Origin: a virus
Reading direction: 5' to 3' (one strand)
DNA length: 64,000 nt
Virus record (IMG/VR): IMGVR_UViG_3300027977_000007
The translations under genes were made by a program, and so were the position numbers. Shown in pieces: positions 34,873 to 44,776 of this stretch. Under the pieces are notes generated by a model that saw only the letters and a list, made by a program, of their open reading frames with translations, had not been told where the DNA came from and ran no database searches. Numbering within the stretch: the first letter of the stretch is position 1; every line of letters begins with the position of its first letter.

Positions 34873-35670
34873 TTATATACGTGTAATGTTATAATATCCA
34901 TTACCATACCTAGTTAATTCACCTAAATTCTTTATCTCAGATAATCTGAGATGTGTATCCATTATACTCGTTATGCTTCTATCTATAAATACGTCACTTT
35001 TAACTTCTGGTGGAGAAATAATACCAAATAAATATTCTTCTTTCGCTAACGCTGATAATGAAACGTTTGTTTCATTTAAACCCTGACCAATATACCTGAA
35101 TGTTGTTAGTGGTTGAGAGACAAAACTACCATTAAGTAGAAATGTATTTGTCTGGGCCGAATAATCTTCATAAAGTATACCAGTATTTTGATTTATAGTA
35201 CCTATTAGTGCATCGTCATTAGCATCAAATACATATATATTTGGTTCACCTAGACTAGTTATACGACTAACACCATTGACTAATCGATTAACATAGTCTA
35301 GATAACCCTCAGTATCTATATTAAAACCTACCTTATATCTATCAAGTTCATCATATGACATCAAATCTTCAATCTTTGTGTCAGTTTTACCTGTAATTAC
35401 TTTATTTATATAGTTGTAGTAGTTGGTTTCATCTGTATCTTGAAATCTAAGCGTAACTAAATCAGTAGATGTTATAGCACTAGTCGAATAAGTTGTTGCC
35501 GTTGATGAAGGAATGTAATCAATATCAGTGAACAATCCCATATCATCAACATTCTGTGTGATAAAAACGTTAATATAAAACGTAGTTGCAGTAAGAGTAC
35601 CCCAATTAGGGCTATCATTAGTCCTATCTATGTTATTTTCTAATAAAATCTTACGCTTAATTAGCTCCAT
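34873..35670 (-). CDS. virion structural protein, hypothetical
   Basis: 265 aa; coupled to the upstream gene. Confidence 0.7.
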   Translation of the reverse strand: MELIKRKILLENNIDRTNDSPNWGTLTATTFYINVFITQNVDDMGLFTDIDYIPSSTATTYSTSAITSTDLVTLRFQDTDETNYYNYINKVITGKTDTKIEDLMSYDELDRYKVGFNIDTEGYLDYVNRLVNGVSRITSLGEPNIYVFDANDDALIGTINQNTGILYEDYSAQTNTFLLNGSFVSQPLTTFRYIGQGLNETNVSLSALAKEEYLFGIISPPEVKSDVFIDRSITSIMDTHLRLSEIKNLGELTRYGNGYYNITRI

Positions 35671-36536
35671 TATAATGCATTTATTTGATAAAGTTGTACC
35701 GTAACGTCATTATAACCAGTATTGGTCGTATACGTCACGTTATTAGCGCTTAAAATAATACTGTTACCATGATAACCATCATCAATTTCATAATAATAAC
35801 CATTAGCCTTACGTATAAGCTTATATCTGGTATATAATTCATGTACCAACTTATCAATTGGTAATGGACTACGTTGAACCATAAGATTAGTACCAGTACC
35901 AGTCTTAGCATTTTTAAAGCTGGCTCTCATATATAAATACTTAAATTCACCAATTTTTAATTCATCCTTATAGTCATACAAATGATAACCTTCAGCAAAG
36001 CCAAGCTTATTAATGCTGGGACTTTCAAGTATGAAGGTTAATGGTACTTCATTAGCTTTTTTTGCTTGCCCAACAATACCAACTGGACTACCAGATGGAA
36101 TTAAGTCAGCACTAGTTAAACTAGCATATACTGTTACATTAAAGATTAAATTTTGTAAGAATGGATTTTCATTATCGTAAAAATTTAAGCTTAAGAATGT
36201 TTGTTTAAAGGCTTCGGTTTGAAACCTAATATCATCATCAGTAAAACCAATATTACCATACGTGGTACCACTAGCATTAAATGTTACCCCATAAATAACC
36301 CTATCTATTGGAATATCTGGGCCGCTTAGTTTTAAATCCAATGGTAAATATCTAACCCTCTCATAATCAATGATTGGGTTAATAGCCTTTTCTGTTTCAA
36401 CGTCAACAAATACACGTTCAACCAATTCAGATTGGTCTATCATTTGATATTCCATATTGATTGGAATATTAATCGTTGTAGCAGTTGTACCAGTACTAAT
36501 TGTACTGATATTTATCTTATAATTATTAACAAACAT
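35670..36536 (-). CDS. virion structural protein, hypothetical
   Basis: 288 aa; overlapping neighbours. Confidence 0.7.
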   Translation of the reverse strand: MFVNNYKINISTISTGTTATTINIPINMEYQMIDQSELVERVFVDVETEKAINPIIDYERVRYLPLDLKLSGPDIPIDRVIYGVTFNASGTTYGNIGFTDDDIRFQTEAFKQTFLSLNFYDNENPFLQNLIFNVTVYASLTSADLIPSGSPVGIVGQAKKANEVPLTFILESPSINKLGFAEGYHLYDYKDELKIGEFKYLYMRASFKNAKTGTGTNLMVQRSPLPIDKLVHELYTRYKLIRKANGYYYEIDDGYHGNSIILSANNVTYTTNTGYNDVTVQLYQINAL

Positions 36537-38325
36537 CGTTGGCTGAGTTGGTTGTAAATCTATCTGTTATTCTTTCACCGATTGGGTCTCTAGGGAATTT
36601 ACCATAATATAAATCCCAATTATCAAATGGGTCCTGTCTTCTAACATAAAAACAATAATTATTATACATGTAATGACAATTATTTGTAAATGGATAATCT
36701 AATGGAGTTGTATCAGCTTGGTTATAACCAATATCCAATAAATCTCTCCAAAAATAACGACCATCACCCAAATCAACCGCATACTCTGGTATACCTACTG
36801 TATTCTGGTCACCTTGTTCAACATAGTTAGAGAATTGCCTTATAGTTATTTGATTATGAGGCTTATAAAAATAACCTTCTTGTCTTGGTCCTAATGAAAT
36901 TGTTTCAGTGATTGCTGGTGTAATTGGTGACGTATTAGTATTCTCATTAGAAGTAATATATGTCATCGATGGTGATGTCTCTCGGTTTAACGTATTAAAC
37001 CTATGTGAAACATCGGCTAGTTTAGTTTCTTTTACTTGAGCTATATTATACTCAACCAAATCACCATAAAACTCATTATTTGGATTGTTTATTGATACGT
37101 TATTCTCTAATGGTATATGTGATGGCCATGGTAAGTTATTTAATCCGTTATGAATCTTATTAATTACTGGTATATTAAGTAAAAATGTATCAGTTGGACT
37201 GGTATTTAATTTTGAATAGAATGGTGTTTCAATACCAGATGATACCCTAGAAAATAACCCATTGCTATTGGTTTTAATTACGGTTAAATATAACTCGCTT
37301 AGGGGTCTACCTAGATTATCCGTTAAATCCGTTACATCAATATCTTCATTAAATACAAATTGTGTTATTGTATCAGAATATATGTTCTGGCTAAATGCCG
37401 CACGATATATTTCATAATCATCAGTCTCAATAACTGGCGTATTTCTTGTTTTTATCTTTTTAAATTTTCTAAAATAGTACTGTGATTTAAAACCGTTAAC
37501 TATCTTATTCATTCTAGATAAGTTTGATATGGTACCAGTTGGTGGTAGGTCAACAACGAAGGTGTATTCCTTCAAATCACCATTATCTAACCCTGTTCTA
37601 ACCACTAAATGGTCACCGTCATAACCTGTCGTACCTGTAATTCTAACTGAATCACCAGCAACTAAATTATGTTGACATGTCATTGAAAATACTGTCATAA
37701 CCCTAGTTGATACTATGGCTGGATTGGCTTCTAAAATTATCAGGCCACTAAACTTATTTACTGAGTCATAAACCATTGTATGACCACTGTCAATAGCGTA
37801 TGGATATGTAATAGTTAATTCCCAATTCTTAACAGGGACCGTTGTAGTTTTGTTATATGGGTTAACATCGATTAAGAATGATAATCTTTCCCTTTTTGGC
37901 TCCATATCAAAAAAGTTACAAAACCCACGTTTAGATATATCTGGGTTATAATAACCAAACCAACCATCATTTTCCTTTAGGTTATCATTAACAACCGTAG
38001 GATAAATGGAGTCAGAAAATCTATATGTTCCGTTAGGGTTTTGATAGTTAAAACCCTTCCAAGTAAACTCATCAGCTTTAACTGTATCATCTAAATTAAA
38101 CAACGCATTTGATATTGTTGAATTTATGGTGCCTAATATTCTATAGTATTTACTTCGTTGTCTTTCAACATCAAAACGTTCACTAACATCAACTACCTTA
38201 TTGATAACGTCAGGCGGTAATAACCTTTGGCTATCATCTAAAGATACCTTTAGGTAAGTATCTCTATTGGTTGATTCCTTTGAAGTCTCAACACCCAATA
38301 TTTGCTGTATCCTGTTAGTGCTCAT
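36526..38325 (-). CDS. virion structural protein, hypothetical
   Basis: 599 aa; DNLGRPLSELYLT and FWRDLLDIG motifs. Confidence 0.7.
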   Translation of the reverse strand: MSTNRIQQILGVETSKESTNRDTYLKVSLDDSQRLLPPDVINKVVDVSERFDVERQRSKYYRILGTINSTISNALFNLDDTVKADEFTWKGFNYQNPNGTYRFSDSIYPTVVNDNLKENDGWFGYYNPDISKRGFCNFFDMEPKRERLSFLIDVNPYNKTTTVPVKNWELTITYPYAIDSGHTMVYDSVNKFSGLIILEANPAIVSTRVMTVFSMTCQHNLVAGDSVRITGTTGYDGDHLVVRTGLDNGDLKEYTFVVDLPPTGTISNLSRMNKIVNGFKSQYYFRKFKKIKTRNTPVIETDDYEIYRAAFSQNIYSDTITQFVFNEDIDVTDLTDNLGRPLSELYLTVIKTNSNGLFSRVSSGIETPFYSKLNTSPTDTFLLNIPVINKIHNGLNNLPWPSHIPLENNVSINNPNNEFYGDLVEYNIAQVKETKLADVSHRFNTLNRETSPSMTYITSNENTNTSPITPAITETISLGPRQEGYFYKPHNQITIRQFSNYVEQGDQNTVGIPEYAVDLGDGRYFWRDLLDIGYNQADTTPLDYPFTNNCHYMYNNYCFYVRRQDPFDNWDLYYGKFPRDPIGERITDRFTTNSANDVC

Positions 38326-41300
38326 TAGAAGATTATTATTGTATTACAACCCACGCTATCAAATAATGTTACTTGGTATTGTGTTTGTGATGAGAATGTT
38401 ATTGGTGAAGTAAATGATGGTGGTGTGGTTGTAGGACCATATGTTACAGAATATGGTGGTGTTCCACCATTAGCCGAAATTCTATAGGCATTTCCAATAA
38501 TAACCCCAGAACCCACTAACGGTGGCGTTGTTGGACCAACAATTGATGTTGATGTCTTAATATTACCCATTGAATCAGTTAATGTGCTTATATATGTGTC
38601 TGGTAAAAGACCAGTAAGATTAGCCGAAGTACTTATAAAACTTGTATAAGTTGTACCTGTTGTTTCTAGGTTATATGGTGGTTGTCCACCAGCATAAGTT
38701 AATAAAATTTTACCATCGGCAACATTTGAGCATGTAGCATCTGTAACCGCTGGTGTTAATATTAATGGAGATGGCCCAGTAATCGTTAATCCAGTAGTAA
38801 CACAAGCTGGACTACTTGCTGAATCTTCTACGGTTACGGTATAACCCAATACATCAGCATCTAACCCAGTAAAGGTGTATGGTATTGATGGGCTAGCTAT
38901 AGAATTTATTATAACACCTAAGCTATTTTGTAATTTAAATGTATATGGTGGAACACCACCATATACTGAAAATACTGTAATTTCACCATCATTTGAGGTA
39001 TCAGTTGTTGCATTTTTACTAACACCAACGAAACAAGTTAATGGTAATACACCACCAACCGATACGATTTGTGTTGCTGGATAACCAAGTGAATCAATAA
39101 CATTAATAGTATATACACCCTCACACAATCCACTTAATTCATAACCTAATGACGTATTACCACTAAAATTATAACCATTACTACTAGATACGGTATATGT
39201 ATATGGTTCAATTCCACCAATTGGGGTAAAGCTAATTTTACCATCACATGGTAAAGTACCAATAGGCTGCGTTGATGCTGATGACGTTGCATCTATAACT
39301 ATACCTACCTTTTGAATAGGAACACAAGTATTAAAAAACTTATCATTCATTTTATCTAATGCTGTCTTACCTGGAAATAATCCAAAATACATATAAAATG
39401 AATGCTTAGGTTGTGAATATTTATTATCGTTAGATGGGTTAAATCCCCTAAAGCTAGCATAAGCTTCGCCATTATCGATATTATTTACATTACTATAGGG
39501 TTGATTAATATTATTATTGTTATTAATATTAAAACTACTATTTATATTACTATTAATTGAATACGAATTTAACGATGTTGTACCACTATTTAAGATAATG
39601 TAACTATCCCTAAACTCCTTTCCAAAAGTATCATCAATATCTTTACTACCGAACACACCATCAGCAGCATCTGTTACATTATTTGTTATTGGGTCTAAGG
39701 TTGATTCATCGCCATCAACAAATACTTCACAGGCATGTCTAATATTTAAGCATTGTATTGAATTAACGTGTAGCCCAATACAGTCTATTTCAAAGAATAA
39801 ACCTTTGTAGCCTGTACCAACCATGCCAGATTCTATTAATACTTCAGTGTTATTTGAGCGTGATTCAGTGTCAGCCGTTTCTGGTGGTAATTTATATGAT
39901 GTCTCAACCAATAATGGTTGTAGCTTAGGGAAACCCTGCCAATCACAGTCAAAGACAGAACCCAAGCAAGTAATGTCAGTGGCGAATAGTTTTAAACTAG
40001 CATTATGATTTGTTGATGCGTAATATAATTCATCTTTATATTTTTTAACCAACCCCTCAGGAACCGTATTTGTTGGTCTAGCTTCATTTTGGCAGTTTGG
40101 TGAATTACAACTAAAACAAGTATCTAATAACATTTGGTTATGGCACGTGTTATCTGGTATACCATTATTATTACCATCTACACCACTATAATTAGGGTCA
40201 TTTCTAAACTCACTACAATCATATTCGCAAAACTTTTCACTAGCTCTAAGTCTTTTTTTATACTTTAATAAAAATGTATATAATGAACCAGTTGTCCAGT
40301 CATTGTAGAAATCAAACTGATAAATATTTAACGCTTGGGCCATTTGAAAGGCTAAACAATCGGCTAATTTACCTTCAGTAGGTGGGTCTAGCAACTCGTT
40401 ATAACCTAAAGAATTTTTCCTACAACCAGGTGCATAAGTTTGAGCGTCATCTGTCGGACATTGAACCGATATACATGCAATATAGTTTGGTTCATTAATA
40501 CTAAAACCAAGCTTATTTAAAAATTTAATAATTCCTTTAAGTGCTCCTATTATAATATTTATTATTGGTATAACAACAATGTTAATAATACTTATTATTA
40601 AAGTTACTATTGTTATAATTAAACATATTATAAAAAATATTGGATTAGTTTGTGTGTTAATTCTATTAAATGGAAATGGGTTCTTATCACCGACACACGC
40701 ATCAACATCTTTCATTCCAGCAAAGTTTCTAGTATTTTCATCACTACCAATTGCTTTTTGAAGCTGGTACCTTGGTATAAAGTTAGATACCGTATATATC
40801 TTATTCCAATAAAAATCCTTAAAGCTAGTTGATTTGGTTAATTCACTGAACTCGTAATCTATGTCATTTTTAGTTGGTGGATTATTTGGTACTAAATACT
40901 TAGCTCTAGTTCTAAGTCTTCCTTCACCACCATTCTCATCCATACCTATTCTAAATCTTACACTAGACCTAGTTGGTATACCAATATTAGGGTCATTAGA
41001 CGGTATCAAATCACCAGCCTCATTCGTAACTACATAGTCAAGATTCATAGGCAATTGAAAGGCCCATGTACCATCATCGTCTATAACCCTACCACCATCT
41101 ACTGAAAATTCCTCAACCTCACCATCTATCGTTTTACGAAGAATTTCTATTGTGCCTTGCCCTGCTACTTGTTCGCATAATTGCCCGAATTGCTTTCTTG
41201 GACGACAACGCTTATTAACACTATTTTTGCTCTGGTCACCATAAATACTACCCATAAAGATAGCTGCTGGTGCGATTGTATAATTCAAATCAATATCAAT

Positions 41301-42020
41301 ACGTGTGATACCAATTTCACAATTATCTACATCACCCCAAAACGGTTGTACGTTAACACCAACATTTGTTGATTTTATTTGAGTTAATTTATCTAAATTA
41401 GTATCGGCCTTGAATTTGGTTGAAGAATCAAACAAATTAGCTGGTGAGCCTTGGCGAATTAAATCATACGGTCTTTGTGATAATGGACCAATATCGGATA
41501 AATCCGCATCAACATGCAAGGTATAGGTACCTAGTGGTACACCAAATATCATAAAGTCACCAGCATAGTTAGTTGTAGTAGTGTACTTATAATATTTACA
41601 ATAGATATCTAATACCGTAGCGTCATCTAAGACTTCACGCTTAGATGGAAGAGTGCCAACTGGTGTAAAGCATTCATTATCAGACTCAGCAACTTTTGGT
41701 AATAGGTTATACCTAACGCCATCACTATTTTTATCGGTAATTGTCTCATATGGATATAAGCCTCTAATTACCGAATTATTCTTATCATCATCATCTATCG
41801 GTATAAAAACACTAACCTTAGCGTTTGGTACACCAAAGCCGCTATTTACGATTACCCTACCAACAATAACTCCATAATCAGAACAAAATTTCCGATATGT
41901 TTCTTCTTGGGTCAGCTGTAAGGATAATATTTCAATGAAATCAAAGTCTTGGTCTAATTTTACTTTTAAATATTTATCCCCACCATTTGGTGTTGTTTTT
42001 ATTCTTACTGAGTTTGACAT
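38325..42020 (-). CDS. large structural protein with internal TM segment, Cys-rich region and C-terminal SprB-like repeats
   Basis: IFFIICLIITIVTLIISIINIVVIPIINIIIG; repeats DGxI...GGxxPY...GL...Y.v.v.DS.G. Confidence 0.75.
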   Translation of the reverse strand: MSNSVRIKTTPNGGDKYLKVKLDQDFDFIEILSLQLTQEETYRKFCSDYGVIVGRVIVNSGFGVPNAKVSVFIPIDDDDKNNSVIRGLYPYETITDKNSDGVRYNLLPKVAESDNECFTPVGTLPSKREVLDDATVLDIYCKYYKYTTTTNYAGDFMIFGVPLGTYTLHVDADLSDIGPLSQRPYDLIRQGSPANLFDSSTKFKADTNLDKLTQIKSTNVGVNVQPFWGDVDNCEIGITRIDIDLNYTIAPAAIFMGSIYGDQSKNSVNKRCRPRKQFGQLCEQVAGQGTIEILRKTIDGEVEEFSVDGGRVIDDDGTWAFQLPMNLDYVVTNEAGDLIPSNDPNIGIPTRSSVRFRIGMDENGGEGRLRTRAKYLVPNNPPTKNDIDYEFSELTKSTSFKDFYWNKIYTVSNFIPRYQLQKAIGSDENTRNFAGMKDVDACVGDKNPFPFNRINTQTNPIFFIICLIITIVTLIISIINIVVIPIINIIIGALKGIIKFLNKLGFSINEPNYIACISVQCPTDDAQTYAPGCRKNSLGYNELLDPPTEGKLADCLAFQMAQALNIYQFDFYNDWTTGSLYTFLLKYKKRLRASEKFCEYDCSEFRNDPNYSGVDGNNNGIPDNTCHNQMLLDTCFSCNSPNCQNEARPTNTVPEGLVKKYKDELYYASTNHNASLKLFATDITCLGSVFDCDWQGFPKLQPLLVETSYKLPPETADTESRSNNTEVLIESGMVGTGYKGLFFEIDCIGLHVNSIQCLNIRHACEVFVDGDESTLDPITNNVTDAADGVFGSKDIDDTFGKEFRDSYIILNSGTTSLNSYSINSNINSSFNINNNNNINQPYSNVNNIDNGEAYASFRGFNPSNDNKYSQPKHSFYMYFGLFPGKTALDKMNDKFFNTCVPIQKVGIVIDATSSASTQPIGTLPCDGKISFTPIGGIEPYTYTVSSSNGYNFSGNTSLGYELSGLCEGVYTINVIDSLGYPATQIVSVGGVLPLTCFVGVSKNATTDTSNDGEITVFSVYGGVPPYTFKLQNSLGVIINSIASPSIPYTFTGLDADVLGYTVTVEDSASSPACVTTGLTITGPSPLILTPAVTDATCSNVADGKILLTYAGGQPPYNLETTGTTYTSFISTSANLTGLLPDTYISTLTDSMGNIKTSTSIVGPTTPPLVGSGVIIGNAYRISANGGTPPYSVTYGPTTTPPSFTSPITFSSQTQYQVTLFDSVGCNTIIIF

Positions 42021-42385
42021 TAATTATCTTTTTCTTCATCTGTTATATCTACCGCATCTAACATTACCACATCATCTTCAGTATATGAATTATATTCATC
42101 ACCGACAAATATTTCATCATCATCATCGTCATTTTCTATATCTTTAAATTTTTTACCTATCTTAATAAGCAAGGGCATTATATCTACCGATTCATTTAAT
42201 ACTAGAGTCTTAAATATTAACCAAATTATATATACATTTAATATTGGTAACATTAATACAAACAATATAAAAGCTAACACCTTTAACGTATATTTGATTA
42301 TCGTTTCACCTGTTGGTAACGAAGGGCCTTTATTGCCTTCAAGTACTTGGTCTATATTAACATTATTTTTACAATTACAACTCAT
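42020..42385 (-). CDS. small membrane protein (MSCNCK N-terminus)
   Basis: 121 aa, one long hydrophobic segment, acidic tail. Confidence 0.7.
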   Translation of the reverse strand: MSCNCKNNVNIDQVLEGNKGPSLPTGETIIKYTLKVLAFILFVLMLPILNVYIIWLIFKTLVLNESVDIMPLLIKIGKKFKDIENDDDDDEIFVGDEYNSYTEDDVVMLDAVDITDEEKDN

Positions 42386-42406
42386 ATTATATTATATTTA
42401 TTTTAT

Positions 42407-44227
42407 TTATTTTACACGAACACGAATGTCAAGTGTCGGATATTTAATTTCAAACATACTTATAGGGTCACCAAACAGGGTATATTCCAGAGATGTGTCT
42501 ATTTGCCTTGTTGTTGGGTCAATAAATGGTTGTGATATTTCATTTAAGCTATACAAACCAGCACCAACTTTATTATAAACCCTTAAGTCAATAACGTTTA
42601 ATACACCACCAACATTATTAATGTTTTCTATTAATTGAGACAAGTAGATATTCTCACCCATTTGGAATTTATTAATATCCATGAATGATTGCACGTTGGT
42701 TATTATTTGTGTTGCTATTTGTGATTGTGGTGCTACCTTATCAATATACACATCAATATCAAACGCTAAGTTAATTATCTTGCCATTAGATACGCTAACG
42801 TAATCATTTAACATACGATAATCGGATAGGTATGTTGCTATATTACTTCTAAGTGTACTAGTAGATGTATTTGTTAATTTAGAGTTTGAATCTAGTCCTA
42901 GAATATAAATCTTAATCTTATTTTGTTCTTCAAATACGCCACAACGAAATGGTACACCAAATTGACCTGGCATGAGACCAATTCTAGTTTGATAATCCTT
43001 GATGGTAACTGCTCTATTTTGTGAAGAAAAATTATACCTAACAAAGTTACGTATTTCCTCAACGCTAGGTGCGTCTTTACCACCTAGTGCTGGAAATGCA
43101 TTGTTAACAGTTAAAGATGCCTTAACAGCATTGTTTATTGTTTGATTTGGGCCAAATATATCCATCGAAACTAAACCAATTGAGGTTAAGACATTTGTAC
43201 CTAAATTTGTATCGGCACCGCCACCCACTCTATACTTAACAAACATAGTCTCATTAGCGGTTAGTGTTTCACCTAACGATGTATTATTAATGAAGTCACC
43301 TATTTGATTAACCAATGCCTTGTCAGCACCAAAATCACATAGGCTACTGGTATCAACGCTACCACCACCAAATATTATCTTACAGAAACCTAAATCAGTG
43401 TATTCACGGATAAAGCGTTTGGTTGTTGTTATCCACTTACCTGACCTTATACCAGCATTATCTGATATTGTGTTATTATCCTCAATGAATACATCACTCT
43501 CAGCTAAAGCATCAACTTCAAACCATCTATTTTCTATGTTTGAGAATTGGTCTGGGGATGGGTCCTTGGTGTATGATGTGCCTTGTAATGTAATAATTGA
43601 ATCAATTGATAATACGTTATCATCTGGTAATATTACTTCTAAAAATGGTCTAACATCTGTTGCTGTAATTATTCTCTTGAAGATTTTAGTAAATCCATTT
43701 AATACAACTTCTCGTTTAGTTAATGTATAGTTTACTATAACATTATTCGAATTAAAGTTTGGTATGATTAGTCTGTTAGGTATTCCACCAATAGTAAATG
43801 GACTTGAGAAGTCAATATCATATGTTGTTTCAAATACCTTTCCACCACCAGTTGCCTGTGCACCAGCTTTAATTATTGGGGCATATGAAATATCAAATGT
43901 ACCTCCATTTGGTGGTACTGTCACCGAAAAATCAACTAGCGTGATGCTTGGTCTTTTAGCTGGAATCTTTAATCCAAAAGTCCTTGCCATAGATAACACA
44001 GACTTACGTTCTTGAGCATAATCAATTTGCGTTTCTTGGAACATCCTATCGGTATTAAACGATAACATATCACCAACAGCAGCATTTAATTCAAGTAGCA
44101 TCATACCAACAGATGCATCGTTATAATCATTAAATATTGATGGGTAATATTGTCTTACCAGCTCAATTAAATCACTTCTAATTTCTGCGAAGTTACGTGA
44201 AGAATAATTAATACCTTGATTTGCCAT
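42407..44227 (-). CDS. baseplate wedge protein, T4 gp6 / baseplate J-like
   Basis: NYSSRNFAEIR...DYNDASVGMMLLEL...AQERKSV; YRVGGG; GGKDAPSVEEIR; QNRAVTIKDY. Confidence 0.88.
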   Translation of the reverse strand: MANQGINYSSRNFAEIRSDLIELVRQYYPSIFNDYNDASVGMMLLELNAAVGDMLSFNTDRMFQETQIDYAQERKSVLSMARTFGLKIPAKRPSITLVDFSVTVPPNGGTFDISYAPIIKAGAQATGGGKVFETTYDIDFSSPFTIGGIPNRLIIPNFNSNNVIVNYTLTKREVVLNGFTKIFKRIITATDVRPFLEVILPDDNVLSIDSIITLQGTSYTKDPSPDQFSNIENRWFEVDALAESDVFIEDNNTISDNAGIRSGKWITTTKRFIREYTDLGFCKIIFGGGSVDTSSLCDFGADKALVNQIGDFINNTSLGETLTANETMFVKYRVGGGADTNLGTNVLTSIGLVSMDIFGPNQTINNAVKASLTVNNAFPALGGKDAPSVEEIRNFVRYNFSSQNRAVTIKDYQTRIGLMPGQFGVPFRCGVFEEQNKIKIYILGLDSNSKLTNTSTSTLRSNIATYLSDYRMLNDYVSVSNGKIINLAFDIDVYIDKVAPQSQIATQIITNVQSFMDINKFQMGENIYLSQLIENINNVGGVLNVIDLRVYNKVGAGLYSLNEISQPFIDPTTRQIDTSLEYTLFGDPISMFEIKYPTLDIRVRVK

Positions 44228-44286
44228 TGTTTTTACTATAAATATAGAGTTTAATAAAAATTACTAAATAGTTTATTTTTATTAAC

Positions 44287-44670
44287 TTAGATGTTTATTA
44301 TAACGAAGTCCGTTGTTTCAAAAACATCATCCGTTATTGTGTAATCCAAACGAACTACAGCAGCATATTCACTCTCATCTGTACCATCAACGGTTATTTC
44401 GTTTATTTGTAAATTTGGTAGGTATTTTTTAACCACTGTAGTTATTTCTTCTGATATCTTGGAAAGAGTTAACGAATCATTTGGTTCGAAGATGTAACGT
44501 AATAAATCGGTACCAAAATCTGGGTTATAAAGCCTCTGCCCTTTTCTAGTTAAAATCAAATGAAGCAAATCTGCCTTTATAGCATTTTGGTCATCAGAAT
44601 TCAAATCCAAGAAAAAACCCTTATTGCTATCCTTAAAGGGGTAATTTATATTTATATATCTACTTGCCAT
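44287..44670 (-). CDS. baseplate wedge subunit, gp25/GPW-like
   Basis: AIKADLLHLILTRKGQRLYNPDFGTDLLRYIFEP. Confidence 0.9.
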   Translation of the reverse strand: MASRYININYPFKDSNKGFFLDLNSDDQNAIKADLLHLILTRKGQRLYNPDFGTDLLRYIFEPNDSLTLSKISEEITTVVKKYLPNLQINEITVDGTDESEYAAVVRLDYTITDDVFETTDFVIINI

Positions 44671-44725
44671 CTTCTTTTATTGATAAATATAATAAGTTAA
44701 GATTTTAATAAGTAAATCACAAAAT

Positions 44726-44748
44726 AAAAAAGGCCCTAGTTAGGGCCT
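44726..44748 (-). terminator. intrinsic terminator after the nrdA C-half
   Basis: aaaaaaggcccta-gt-tagggcct. Confidence 0.75.
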
Positions 44749-44776
44749 CTTATATTTAATGTTAAAATTAATCTTC

